In this document: in pieces, positions 13,488-27,346 of the stretch
Layout: every line of letters begins with the position of its first letter
Numbering within the stretch: position 1 is the first letter of the stretch
From: Octopus vulgaris
Lineage: Eukaryota
Length of the DNA stretch: 64,000 nt
NCBI GenBank assembly: GCA_951406725.2
Contig: OX597818.1
Location: 18,104,001-18,168,000 of the forward strand
Direction: 5' to 3'
Notes under the pieces: model-generated
What the model was told of the DNA's origin: nothing
The model's database searches: none
The model's input: only the letters and a program-made list of their open reading frames with translations
Made by a program: the position numbers and the translations under genes

Positions 13488-14885
13488 TGACTGGAGCCTG
13501 ATACAGCCATCCAGCTTATCAGTTCCAGTGAAACTGTCTAACCCATGCCAACATGGAAAGCAGATGTTAAATGAAGGTGATGACGATTATATACTTGTAT
13601 TATGCACCTTGTGTTTAGTTTCACACGTGATCAACTGGTCCATTTCAAAACAAGGTAGGGGGCCTCTGAACTAAACTACATACTCATTGAATTAGCAAGT
13701 GGCTGAGTATTCCACAGATGCACGAACCCTTATTTTAATTCCCAGGTAGGGTCAGCATGACACAAGACAAAGGCAGGGTCTTTGTATTGCATGTACAGTT
13801 CATCAACAGGCTTCCACAAACCCAGTTTCACTTATAAGCCATGGGTTGACTCAAAGTTATAGAAAATGATGCTTGCTCATGGTATCACATAGACTTAATT
13901 ATTCAACCAAGCTGCACCTACTAAGTATTCATTACTTACCTTTTACTTCTTTAAGACATTAGACTGTGGCCATGCTGGGGCACCACCATGAAGGATTTTA
14001 AGTCAAATGAATCAAACCCAATACTTATTTACTTTTAAAGCCTGGTACTTATTCTGTCATCACTTTTGCCAAACCTCCAAGTGACAGGGATGTAAACACA
14101 CCAACACACACATGATGGGCTTCTTTCAGTTTCCATCTACCAAATCCACTCACAAGGCTTTTGTTGACCCGAGACTATTGCCCAAGGTTCCATGCAGTGG
14201 GATAAACCTGGAACCATATGTGGTTGGGAAGCAAACTTCTTACCACACAGCTACTCCAATAATAATTAGAAGACAGGGAGTATTTTTATTGTTGTTTGAT
14301 GCATTAATATGAGGTAACTCAGTACTACTCAGAACACACAAACACACATACTTATGTATGTAAGCTTACATGGTGGAGACACATGGCTCAATGGTTAGGA
14401 CATTGCCCTCATGCTTGTAAGATTGCTTCTTTTTTTTTTTATTCCTACACTGGGTGGTATGTTGAATTCTGGAGTTAAAACTACCTCATTTTATTTTGCT
14501 CCAGAGCTCTCAGGTGGCAAAGATGAGTATTCCTGTGATAGACTGGCGTCTTGTCCAGTAGGGAAATATATACATCATAGAATCCAGGGAAAGAAACTGG
14601 TTTTATCAGTCTATGACTATGACCCAGGAATCACCTTCCATCCTTTTCTGAAGCTTACATCTGAGAAAGAGAGACTGACAGATAAAGAAAGAATGACAGA
14701 AAAACAAAGGCAGACACCCACACACAATGGGGACACATAAACACACTCATACACGCACAGACACACACACACACACACACGAAAAGACAAATATAAATTA
14801 CTACATGCATGTAAAGTTACACCCAACAACAGAGAAGCGCCACCCAAGAGAAACACACACACTCTCTCTCTCTGACTCGCTTTCT

Positions 14886-14916
<31 letters not shown>

Positions 14917-16924
14917 AACAAACAAACATGTTAACAACAAATGTAAACATATACACAGACTCATATATCATGTGGTGGTGGTGGTGAAGTGTAGTGCCCT
15001 AAATGTTTGACACGTCTTTTTATATGAGAAAGGAACAATATCATATAACACAAGATTTATTATGAAGATCTAAAATATTTCTAAATCTCTTTCTCTCTCT
15101 CTCAACCTCCCCCACCAACTTTCATAATTTCAGAAACAGTTACTAGGCACTTTAGATATATTTTGATGTCATTATATATATGTACACACGCACACACACA
15201 CACACACACACACGCACACACACACATTTCAAAAGTAAATAGACATCAACATTTTTGAAGCATTCATTTCTAGAAACAAAATAATATCCTTTGATGCATG
15301 TAAATACTTAATCTACTATTAATTAGACATATCTTGCACAGTTTTTCCTGATTTAACCTATTTGGAGCATTGTACTAATGAATTGCAGAGATAAAACAAT
15401 ATAATGAGGGATGTCTATTTATTTTTGAGCTATCTGTGCATACATAAATACATGCCAACATACATACATAACACAAACACACAACACTTTTGGTAAATAC
15501 ATGCATACATACATATGTACAGACTGTCATATGCACATACATAAACTGTCATGCATGCAGACACACACACACATTTCCAGATTATATATGTAGAATACAA
15601 ACTCATAAATATATACACTCTCACAAACACACACAAAGCAAAGTCTCAAAAGATTGTAGAAATTACCAGATCAGAGGCAATTAGATGTGAGCTATGTACA
15701 CAAGGTAATATAAAGTGGAACCTCAGCCAGACTCTTCACTGGAAAGAAATACAGGAACAAGTTCTTCTGGGTTGGTAACAATACTGAGGTGGATGGAGTA
15801 GACATACCATTGGCAGAGAAATGAATGAAGTAACTAGATAGTCAGAGCATATGATAAAATAATTTAACTTAGGTTCTTTATAGGCAACACAACAGCTACA
15901 GTAATTTCTATGTAGGTACCTCAATGAGAACTGATCAACAAACAAAAGGATAATTTCTATTAAGTCCTCTCACAGACTTCATTAACCCTTTTGATATCAA
16001 ACTGCCTGAGGCAGTCTGTAGTCCCAAGATACAAACTTTCTGTTTTAAATTACTTAGAATTAAAAAAACCTTTCATCAAAACATTAATTTATATGAACAT
16101 AAGCTTCCTAATGTCAAAATTATTTGAATAAAATTTTCATTACTATCAAAATTAATTGAAATAAAAGTAGAATATTTCAACAGGAATTCAGTAACTCAAG
16201 GATTAATAACAATAGTGACCTTGTTACTGCAGCTGGTGACTTCAATGGATAGAATGGGTTACATCATAATGTTTACTCTAATGTACATGGAGAATAGAGA
16301 TACAGTACAAGGAATGAACCAAGAATTCTGCTATGCAAATGACCTAAGCTTTTACTATTTTAACTTCAGAAAATTAGTCATCCTCCATCCTAATCACTCA
16401 CCACAGGCACATTGGGTGCCTTTAGTGGAGCCCATTCTGTTACAAGCATTTGGATTAGGTCTCCAATTAGAAGATACACAGTCTCTCTTCCATCCTTCCA
16501 AATAAAGGGTCAAACCTGCCCACACACACCACACCACCACTTCCCTTTTGATTACATGATAAAAAAAAATCAGATGAACAATATAAGCCAAATAGACTTC
16601 ATACAAACTAAGATATGGTATGGAGAACTGATTGTAGATACTAAATCTTTCTCTGGGGAAGAATGTATCACTCAATATAGACATGTAGTCAGAAACTTCA
16701 AAGCCTGTCGTTGTGTGTGTGTGTATGTATTTGTCCCCTGCCCCACTACTTGACAACTGATGTTGGTGTTTATATTCCTGTAAATTAGTGGTTCCATAAA
16801 AGAAACAGAATGAGTACTAGGCTTTAAAAAAAAGTACTGGGGTAGATTCATTATGCTAAAAGTTCTTCAAGACAGTGTCCTAGCATAACCACAACCTAAC
16901 AAGTAAAAGATAAAAGACATAAGC

Positions 16925-17075
16925 TAAACAAACTCAGAGATCCAAGACATGCTAGAGTTGGAAGTGACCGAGCAATCTGAGTGGAGAGAATGTGGAGATA
17001 AAGAAGACCAAGGAAAGCATAGAATAAAGCAAAGAAAGCTGATCTCAAGAGAATGGAACTCATAAAGGAAATGGA
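16925..17075 (+). mobile_element. Old RTE-type LINE 3' fragment (second copy at about 18762-18895)
   Basis: The two copies share gactcagaga...agaccaaggaaagcatagaa...aaagct.atctcaa. RRPRKA...KADLKR resembles the RTE GRPRK.W...V..DL motif. Confidence 0.5.
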
Positions 17076-17534
17076 TAGCATCAACAAGTAATAAGATGTT
17101 TAATAAAGAAAACCTATCCAACCCATCCAAGCATGGGAACAGAAGTTTAATGTTGAAGTTACTTCTTAACTACATGATTTCAGGTTCAGGACAATGCATG
17201 GTGCCTTGGCAAAGTGTCTTCTGCTGTGGCCTGAGGCAAACTGAAGCTTTCTGAGCTGATTTGCTAAATGGAAACTGAGAGAAGCCCAAGGTGTGTGTGT
17301 GTGTGTGTACATTTGTATCTCTATATCAACATCATGTGAGTTATCAAAAAGTGATGTCACTCATTCCAATATTCTATAAAAAGATATTTTCCTTGGGGAA
17401 ATATCTTGCTTAGAAACATGAGGTTTGGTAACAGGAACGGCATCTATCCATAGAAAATCTACCACTACAAATTCCACATAATTCATGCAAACATGGAAAA
17501 GAAAACATTAAAATGATGTTGATGGTGGTTCATA

Positions 17535-18090
17535 CATCATCATTTAATGTCTGCTTTCCATGCTGGTATGGGTTGGACGGTTTGACTGAGGACTGGCAAG
17601 CCAGATAGCTGCACCAGGCTCCAATCTGATATGACAAAGTTTCTACAGCTGGATGCCCTTCCTAATGCCAACCACTCCGAGAGTGTAGTAGGTGCTTTTT
17701 ACATGCCACTGGCACAGGATCAGTCAGTCGGCACTGGCATTAATCATGCTTGAATGGTGCTTTTTAAGCGCCACCGGCACAGGAGCCAGTCATGCGGCAC
17801 TGGCAACGAGTACACTCGAATGGTACTTTTTATATACCACCAGCACAGGAGAAGTCAGGCAGCACTGCCATCCACCACACTCGAATGGTACTTTTTTACA
17901 TGCCACGACACAGGTGCCAATTAGGCGGTACTGTCATCAGCCACGGCAACAACTTCACTTGCCTCAACAGGTCTTCACAAGAACAGTTTATTGCCCAATG
18001 ATTGAAGGGTACTCTTAAATGGGCTGGTTATGCTGCACTGGCATAGGCTATGGTTATGGTCTCACTTGGCTTGCTGGATTTTCTCCATCA
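17535..18090 (-). mobile_element. Repeat family C (SINE-like, (GAT)n tail) with an internal ~60-bp tandem expansion
   Basis: Tail catgc.agcatggaaagc.gac.ttaaa(tga)n is shared with about 20050-20272, 22275-22420, 19200-19415 and 56600-56850. Four or five copies of ggtgctttttac.tgccac.ggcacagg at 17690-17945. Confidence 0.8.
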
Positions 18091-18894
18091 TGCACAACCT
18101 TTGAGTACCAGGCGACATAAATCGCACAATAAATACACACATTAACACTCACAAATACCAATGCATTTGTAAAACCAAGTGTCTGCAAGAAATGTTACAC
18201 TGAGTAGTTTTCTGCCAGTAATTGAAAACTCTTGAAACAAATTATATGCATCTTCAAATATACAAGAACCACATTTTTATAATCTTATTTTTCAATTTCC
18301 TTTTCTCTCAGTTCAGTTTTACAAGCATTAATCTACGCTACAAAAAGTTCTAGAATTGTCAAACAGTTGTTTCTACCACTTATATATATCTTTCGTCTTT
18401 TACTTGTTTCAGTCATTGGATTGTGGCCATGCTAGGGCACCACCACCTTGATAAGTTTTAGCCAAATAAAATAGCCCCAGTACTTAATTTTTCAAGCCCG
18501 GTACTTATTCTATCAGTCTCTTTTGCTGAATTTCTACCTTACAGGAAAATAAACAAACCAACACTTGTTGGTTTGTTTACTTCCCTGTGTGGAACAAACA
18601 CAAACAGACACACACACACACATAACAAGCTTCTTTCAGTTTCTGTCTACCAGATCCCCTCACAAGAATTTTGTCAGCTTGGGGCTATAGCAGGAAAAAA
18701 CTTGCTCAAGTTGCCAGGCATTGGAACTGAACCTGGAACCTTGTGGTTGGGAAAGTAGACAGACTCAGAGACACGAGACATACAAGAATTAAAGTAATCA
18801 AAACCATCTGAATGGAAGGAATCTGGAGATAAGAAAGACCAAGGAAAGCATAGAAAGAAGCAGTAAAAGCTCATCTCAAAAGGATGAACTTCAC

Positions 18895-19200
18895 ATAGTT
18901 TAGTGCTTAGGGTATCCAGCTCATGGTCATAAGGTCATGAGTTCAATTCCTGGTGGCACTTTGTGTCCTTGAGCTGGACACTTTATTTTCAAATTGCTCA
19001 AGTTCACTCAACTGGCAAAAATGATTTTGTAATTCAGAGAGCCAACCTTGTCACACTCTGCATCATGCTAAATCTCTGAGAACTAGATTAAGGATACATG
19101 TGTCTGTGGAATGCTTAGCCACTTGCACATTAATTCCATGAACAGACTTGTTGATCAGATAAACTGGAACCCTGATTGTTGTAACTGACAGAATGTCAGT
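18895..19200 (+). mobile_element. SINE with CORE-like body and the tail of the 23562-23948 family
   Basis: gagttcaattcctgg...tgtgtccttgagc body followed by ccttgtcacactctg...gtgtctgtggaatgcttagccactt...ggaaccct. Confidence 0.75.
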
Positions 19201-21264
19201 TATATGATGCTGGTGATGTGTAAAAGGCACCTGTACCAGTGACACATAAAAGGCACCCAGTACATTCTATGGTAAGGTTGGCACTAGGAAGGTCATCTGG
19301 CCATAGAAACCATACCAGAACAGACTGGAACCTGATGCAGCTTTCCAGCTTACCAGTTTCAGTTAAACCATCTAACCCATGCCAGCATGAAAAGCAGACA
19401 TTAAATGATGATGATACACACACATGCACACAATAACATGCAGAAAACAGGTGTGGTATTCAAAGCTTTACTGGGCATAAACAGGAGCAGGATTTGAATT
19501 CAGAACACAATAAGCCTGGATGAATATCACAAGGCATTTCATCCAAATACACAAAAAGATTTTAGTTTAGCAATGGGATCTAATAGAGCACTACTTATGT
19601 AGGCATGGCTGTGAGGTTAAGAAGTTGCTATCCAACTATGTGGTCATGGGTTCAGTCCAACTACACAGCACTTTGAGCAAGTATCTTCTACTATAGCCCT
19701 GGGCTGACCAAAGCCATGTGAGTGGAGCTGGTAGACGGGAACTGAAAGAAAGCCATTGTATGTATGTGTGTGTGTGTGTTAATGTGTATTCTTCTCTAAG
19801 CAATGTGGTTCGTTTCCAATCTTTCATGAAAACACATCTTCTGATCATAGGGAAATTATTACCTTGCTTAGAAATAGGTGAGGGTTGGAAACAGGAAGGG
19901 CATCCAACCATATAAAATCTGCTTCAACAAGTTTCATCTAACTCATGCAAGCACAAAAAACAGGACATTAAATGATGATGATGATGATGAGACTGAGTAA
20001 GACTGTGGGTGTGGGCTTACAGGAACTATAGCATAATGGAGAAAATGCTTCGTTTCGTGGCCGTCGTCAGTACCGCCCAACTGGCCCTCGTGCTGGTGGC
20101 ACGTAAAAGCACCCACTACACTCTCAGAGTGGTTGGTGTTAGGACAGGCATCCAGCTGTAGAAACTCTGCCAGATCAAGATTTGAGCCTGGTGCAGCCAT
20201 CTTGTTCACCAGTACTCAAATCGTCCAACCCATGCTAGCATAGAAATCGGACGTTAAATGATGATGATGATGTACTTGGATAGTATGCACTCCAAGTTCA
20301 AATTCTGCTGGTGTTGCCTTTGCCTGTCCTCATTATGGGGGCAGGCTAATTAAATAAGTAGAAATTGTATTTTGGAATCAAATCAACAACCAATTTCATC
20401 ACCCCCGCCATCACTGATACATACAATTTGATACATACACTTCTCATACAATTTGTGGCTTTGGGCCAACATCAGAAACTAATATCATTGCTGTTTATTG
20501 CCCATATTGTTATTTTTAATGTGAGATGTAAACTCAATTGTGTGTGTGCGTGCTTGAGTGTGCACAGGTGCATGTGTGTTGCCCATATTAATGTGAGATA
20601 TCACATTTGTTGTGTGTGCATGTTTAGAAGTATGTCAGCATGCATATTTTGTATTGCTCGTATTGTTGTAACTAATGCGAAATATCAATTCCATGTGTGT
20701 ATTATTGTTTAATGTCCATCTTACATGCTGGTATGGGTTGGACGGTTTGATAGGAGTTGGCTAGCCTGAAGAGCTACCCAGGTTCCATGTCAAATTTTGG
20801 CATGGTTTCTATAGCTGGATGCCCTTCCTAATGTGAACCACTCTACAGAGTGTAGTGCTTTTACACAGCACTGGAATGGGTACATTTACATGGCACCAGT
20901 GTAAATGTGAAATATCAATTCTACATGTGCACACGTGTTTGTGTGCATGCATGTGTGTATGTGTGTGTATTCCATATTGCTATTGCTTATGTGAGATATC
21001 AATTACATAACTATCATAGGCACAGGCACTGCTGTGTGGTTAAGAAGTTCATTTCGCAATCATGGTTACAATCCCAATGGAAGTACTGGGGTCAATCCAT
21101 TCAACTATAGCTCTTCAAGATAGTGCTCCAGCATGGCCATAGTCTATCAACCAAAACAAGTATCAGATAAAGGATAGTTTTCTGCTATAGCTAAGGTACT
21201 TCTGTAGTTTTGCAATGTACTAGTAGATTATTTTAAATGGTACATGTTTTAATGCACTTATTTT

Positions 21265-21649
21265 TTCTTTTACTTGTTTCAGTCATTTGACAGTGGCCAT
21301 GCTGGGGCACTGCCTTTAGTCGAGCAAATCGACCCCAGGACTTATTCTTTGTAAGCCTGGTACTTATTCTATCAGTCTTTTTTGCTGAACCGCTAAGTTA
21401 CAGGGACGTAAACATACCATCATCGGCTGTCAGGCGATGTTGGGGTGACAAACACAGACACACAAACACACACACACATATACATATATACGACAGGCTT
21501 CTTTCAGTTTCCGTCTAACAAATCCACTCACTAGGCTATGGTCAACCCAAGGCTATAGTAGAAGACACTTGCCCAAGGTGCCATGCAGAGGGACTCAACC
21601 TAGAACCATGTGGTTCATAAGCAAGCTACTTACCACACAGCCACTCCTA
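21265..21649 (-). mobile_element. SINE family B copy
   Basis: Same consensus. Confidence 0.88.
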
Positions 21650-22581
21650 TGCCACTAAAACTTTTTCTTTTTGCTTAAATATGCACTACTGAAATTTAGT
21701 CATCAAATATGGTAAATACAGTCGAAGGGATTACAGCTTTCTCCCTTAGGTTTGAGAGTTCCTACCTTCTTTTAAAATTGATGTAAAAAAGACTGGTTTA
21801 ATTTAGGCATCCTCAGGCAGCCTGTGGCTGACAGATATATATGCCTGTCGGGTGGATTTGTGTTATACAGGATGTTAAGAGTAAGAGTTAGAATACTGAT
21901 TTCTAATTTTGGCACAATGCCAGCAATTTTAGAGAAGGGGGGAAAATCGATTGCATCAACCCCAGTGTTCAACTGGTACTTATTTTATCGATCCTGAAAG
22001 GATGAAAGGTAAAGATGACCTCAGCAGAATTCAAACTCAGAACGTAAAGACACACAAAAGGCTGCTAAGCATTTTGCCTGGCATGCTAACAATTCTGCCA
22101 GCTCGCCACCTTAGTTTATGTAAAAATATTAATAATAATTCTGCATGTGTGTGTGTTGCGTGCACATGTGCCCCGTCATATTATTATTAATGTGAGACAC
22201 AAGACAGTGAACTGTTTGAATGATTAAGGTGCCAGATGAAATGCTTAGTAGTATTTCTCCTGGCTTTTTATGTTCATCATCATCATCATCGTTTAACGTC
22301 CGTTCTCCATGCTAGCATGGGTTGGACGGTTCGACTGGGGTCTGGAAAGCCAGAAGGCTGCACCAGGCTCCAGTCTGATCTGCAGTGTTTCTACAGCTGG
22401 ATGCCCTTCTTAACGCCAATGTTCTGAATGCAAATACACTCAAGGTCAACTTTGCTTTTCATCCTTTTGGGGTTGATAGAATAAAATCAGTCAAATATTG
22501 GGGCTAATGGTATCAACTAACTCCTTTCCCGAAGGGTTAGCTGGCCTTGTGCCAAAATTTGAAAGAATTATTGATGCAAGA

Positions 22582-22628
<47 letters not shown>

Positions 22629-22724
22629 AGTTACTCATATTGTTATTGTAAATGTAGGCTATCAATTCTACATGTGAATGTGTGTCATCATATAGATTGC
22701 TGATTTAAAATATCAATTTTGTAT

Positions 22725-22975
22725 GTGGTGTGTGTATGTGTACACATGTGGGAGTGTGTGTATACATGTGGGAAAGTGTGTGCATGCATGCGGGAGAGTG
22801 TGCATGCATGTGGGAGAGTGTATGCATGCATGTGGGAGAGTCTGTGTAAGCATGTGGAAGAGTGTGTGTGTGTGTGTGCACGCATGTGGGAAAGTGTGTG
22901 TATGCATGTAGGAGTGTGTTTGTGCATGTAAGCGTGTGTGTGTGTGTGTGCATGTAGGAGTGTGTATGTGGGTGA
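22725..22975. repeat. ~20-bp minisatellite gtgtgcatgcatgtgggaga
   Basis: About 10 variant copies in tandem. Confidence 0.85.
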
Positions 22976-23561
22976 TGCCCACATTGTTACTATTAATGTA
23001 GGATATCAATTCTACATGTGAATGTGTGTTTCATATTGTTATTACTAATTTAAAATGTCAATTGTGTGTGTGTTTGTGGGAGTATGTATGTAGGTGCTGC
23101 CCACAATATTATAGTCAATGTGAAAAATTCTATATATAATGAATGTCTAACACTCATCATGATGGCATGCCACTTTAAATTACTCAACTATTTTTAGTAC
23201 TACATATTAAACAACAAAATATTCTGTCTGTCACCATGACAACAGACCACACATTTGAATTTAAATTTTATGTTTCTTTCCTTAGTGTCTTATATCAAGC
23301 CACTTATAGCAATTAAATTTCCATGTGACTTTTGATTCAATCATCATACGTTTAGAGAAGAACTCTAAGATTACTCATACTTTCAGACCATTTGGTCAAA
23401 TTTCTCCAAGTTTTACCAATGCAGGTTTACTAAACCCAAAGAAAGTCGACACATGTTTGTGCCTTTTCCTGAGCACTCCCTACTTTTCCTTGTTATATCT
23501 CTATTTTAAATACAATTGAGCCCCTTGCTCAAATCCTAAGAACTGGATTCTCTGACACAGT

Positions 23562-23948
23562 GGGAAGCACTCCGTCGGTTACGACGATGAGGGTTCCGGT
23601 TGATCCGAATCAACGGAACAGCCTGCTCATGAAATAAACGTGTAAGTGGCTGAGCACTCCACAGACACGTGCACCCTTAACGTAGTTCTCGGGGATATTC
23701 AGCGTGACACAGAGAGTGACAAGGCCGGCCCCTTGAAATACAGGTACAACAGAAACAGGAAGTAAGAGTGAGAGAAAGTTGTGGTGAAAGAGTACAGCAA
23801 GGGATCACCACCATCCCCTGCTGGAGCCTTGTGGAGCTTTTAGGTGTTTTCGCTCAATAAACACTCACAACGCCTGGTCTGGGAATCGAAACCGCGATCC
23901 TATGACCGCGAGTCCGCTGCCCTAACCACTGGGCCATTGCGCCTCCAC
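23562..23948 (-). mobile_element. Young full-length tRNA-derived SINE
   Basis: Head ggcccagtggttagggcagcggactcgcggtcataggatcgcggtttcgattccc (A and B boxes); 12-bp TSD ctctgacacagt (23550-23561, 23949-23960); CpGs retained. Confidence 0.9.
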
Positions 23949-24017
23949 CTCTGACACAGTAAAGCGCATATGACTTTCTTCGTTAATGTGGTTATGAGGG
24001 TAGTGGTGTGGTGGTAG

Positions 24018-24261
24018 AAGGGCCGGTTTTAAGCCAATTACATTTGTTTAAACTGGGCCCACCCACACACACACTTCAGTAGAGACACTATGATGAATTT
24101 TTAGTATATCATTGTAGCCAATAGTGGAGACTCAAGCCCTCAATGCTTATTGGCTGGGACTGGCATACAACACAAAGAATAAAACATCTTCAGCTTTTGT
24201 AGAGTAGAAGGCCCACTAACAATTTTCTAATTGGGCCCCGCACTTATTAGCACTGACCCTG
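24018..24261. mobile_element. hAT-type MITE
   Basis: 8-bp TSD ggtggtag (24010-24017, 24262-24269); termini (a)agggccgg / ctgaccctg. Confidence 0.75.
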
Positions 24262-25599
24262 GGTGGTAGAGATGGTGATCCTTATCAGATCCCCTTCCAA
24301 AAATACTATATTACAACTTGGTAGAGTTGTTTGTTAGTGCTCAGAAAATCTTTGTAGTATTTGTTTCCAAATATATGCAATCTGAGTTCAAAACCCACTG
24401 ATGTCAACCTTCCTTTGTCCCTTGAGGGTCAATAAAAAAAAAAGGTAGCCATGCAAGGCTAAGAACATTGAACCAGATGCCTTACATGCTTGTTCTGGCT
24501 CTTTGTGTTCTGAGTTCAAATCCTGCTACGGCCTACTATTGCCTGGTTTAAATATATCACCTGACATCTTGGGTACATTTAGTTGAGTGCATTATGTTGC
24601 AAGCATGCAGATAAGGTTTCCAGTTTGAGGATACCATCCTTCCCCTCTCTCACCAGCATTGGATGCTCTGAAAAGGCCATTGCCCTACCCTCAGATGAAA
24701 AGTTTGAAGAAAAATACAGAAAAAAAAAGTGGGGCCAAGGGCCAAAACAGTTAGCTGCTAGTTGTCATTGCAAGCTTTACCATCAGAATTCTAAGAACAG
24801 ACATCACAGGGCATCATGTGTGATACTCCAACAGTTCTTGCAATCCAAAGCCTAGACTGGTACTTTTATTTATCAACCCTCAAAAGGTTGTAATGAAAAG
24901 TTGGCAGGGGTATGTGAAGGCTAGCACTAATAGTGTAAGGAATTTTACTTAATGCTCTAATGATTCTGCTAAGACTCCTTATTTACATGTATGCAAATTA
25001 GTTTGTCCATACAAACACACCCATTGTCTAACATGTGACAGATTCAGGAAACTGGGAAATAAATCTTTTATGTTTTGTTTTAGTCACTGGATTGTTACCC
25101 TGCTGGGCCACTATCCTGGAAAGTTTAGTCAAACAAATCAACCCCACTAATTATCATAAAGTCTAGTACTTATTCTATTGGCCTGTTTTGCTGACCCACT
25201 AAGTTATGGGGACATAAACAAGCTAATGCTGGTTGTCAAACGGTGGTGAAGGGCAAACACAAAGACACATTCACACAGAAATGTACAAACACATACAACA
25301 GGCTTCTTTCAGTTTCCATGTACTAAATCCACTCAAAAGCTTCTGGTCAACCTGGGGGTTATCATAGATGTTTGCCCAAGGTACTGCACAGTAGAATTGA
25401 AGCCAAGACAACATGGTTGTGACACAGATGTAAAATTATAAAGAAATATACCACAGTAGCTAAAGTGTGGGTTGCAGGCCCTATACCTTTCTGAAAGGTG
25501 TGTGGCTCCCTAGATGATATTTTGGCTAACACTGTTCTCTAAAGATGCATCAAAGATGGAAACTTGGAAATATACACTATGTAACTATCTTCTTCTCTC

Positions 25600-25645
<46 letters not shown>

Positions 25646-25650
<5 letters not shown>

Positions 25651-25866
25651 TAATCCAAACAAGAAAGCACAAAAAAACACAACAACGCGAGGACGTGGAA
25701 CAAATATAGTATTATTAGACGCTCAGGAAAGAAGGAAAGAAGGAGGGTTTAACGTTTCGAGCGGAGCTCTTCGTCGGAAACATAGGAGAAGGAAAGATCC
25801 AGAGAAGGGAAGACAGAGGAAAAAAAAATCGCCAACGGTACACACATGGTCACATTTTGAATGGAC

Positions 25867-25867
<1 letters not shown>
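25646..25867 (-). mobile_element. Penelope-like terminal repeat fragment inserted in (TA)n
   Basis: CpG-rich 220-bp block between two (TA)n tracts, containing the acgtttcg...cttcgtcgg signature of a minimal hammerhead on the minus strand. Confidence 0.7.
25747..25781 (-). ncRNA. Minimal type I hammerhead ribozyme motif (variant core)
   Basis: GUUU-CCGACGA-A-GAGC(UCC)GCUC-GAAA-C-GUU-AAAC: stem I GUUU/AAAC, stem II GAGC/GCUC, palindromic ACGU as stem III. Confidence 0.6.
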
Positions 25868-25912
<45 letters not shown>

Positions 25913-25914
25913 TA

Positions 25915-26114
25915 TTAAAGCTACCTTCGGTTTCATGTTAAAAATAATAAACTTAGTAACTTTTCAAGCTGATCATATGGAGGAACAGTGTTCATCTCCA
26001 TTTTGGATGAAAACAAAACGGAGATGATTACACCATTCCTCCACATGATCAGCCTGAAAAATTGTTATGATATTAAGATATTTTTTTTTAACATGAAACC
26101 AATGGTAACCTTAA
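25915..26114. mobile_element. Fold-back MITE with TTAA flanks (Kolobok-like ends)
   Basis: About 90-bp imperfect inverted arms (ttaaagctaccttcggtttcatgttaaaaa... / ...tttttaacatgaaaccaatggtaaccttaa) around a short loop. Confidence 0.75.
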
Positions 26115-26190
26115 TACACAGATAAAGGAATTTTACCCACCAATGCAGTGTTGAGCACTCATTCTCATTGTCTGACATTGACACACACGC

Positions 26191-26229
<39 letters not shown>

Positions 26230-26399
26230 TATATATATGAGAGAGAGAGAGAGAGTGAGTATGTAGAGATAAATTATCCAGGTGGTTACCATAATAGCTC
26301 TCGGGCATATTGTAGGTTTCAGTTTACTGCATCAAATAGCAATAAACATCAATGATTGCTTAGTATGAGCAAACCCACTAATTGCTTGGTGTGTGTGTG

Positions 26400-26407
26400 T
26401 GGAGAGA

Positions 26408-26477
<70 letters not shown>
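26400..26477. repeat. (GA)n microsatellite, one of many; others include (GT)n 22584-22624, (CA)n 11532-11567, (GTG)n 26828-26972 and (CTA/CCA)n 48702-48835
   Basis: Read directly from the sequence. Confidence 0.97.
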
Positions 26478-26479
<2 letters not shown>

Positions 26480-27346
26480 CAGCAATATAGCTGTGTGTGT
26501 AGGCATGTGTTATCTTATTTTAAAAATGCATGTTGCAGCTTTTGAAAGTACAGAAAACATAATATGTATGTATGTAGCTCTTCTTATCAAACAGCATTAT
26601 ATTATAACATGACAAATACATAAAGAGATAAAGATATAAAGAGATTAAAGTGAACATCATAAATAATGCATTATTAAAGCAAATGCATTATTTATGTTTA
26701 AAGAATAAAGAGTATCCATCTGAGAACTTGGTTTTCTGTAACAGTCATTGACTATCACTGTTGTAGTATCTTTTAGCATGATACCCTGGAGTGGTTATCC
26801 AGTTAACTTCTCCAAGGAGGAATGAGAAGTGGTGGTGTTGATGGTGGCGGTAATAATGGGAGTGGAGGTGGTGGTGGTGATGGAGATAGTGGTAGAGGGA
26901 GTGATTGTGGTAGTGGCAGTGGTGGTTGAGGCTGTGATTGTGATAATGGTGGTGAAGGCAGTGGTGGCAGTTGATCTGATCAAACCAAGGAAACTGTTTT
27001 CATCCATTTTTTTGTTTGTTTTGTTTCTTCAAGTTGCTGATACCTTCTGTCATTCACAACTCCTGATATAAGATTCTCTATTTTTTCAGTGTCGGGGCAG
27101 GATTTGAACTCAGAATGTACAGAGTTGGAACAGATACCACAAAACACCTATCTTGATGCTCTAACAATTCCACCAATCCACTGACCTAGTACATTTTTAT
27201 TTTTATTAATCTCATAAAGGTCACAAGTACTATGTCACAATACTGACCTAGTACTTTTTACTTTTATTTATCTCATAAAGGATGAAATGCAAAGATGACT
27301 TCAACTAGATTTGAACTCATACCACACAGAGTTGGAACAAATACCA

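Noticed and set aside
23875-23948. tRNA gene (also at about 37140-37210 and 6668-6735)
   Set aside because: A and B boxes are present, but the sequence runs on into a SINE body (with a TSD for this copy) and no complete cloverleaf is evident.
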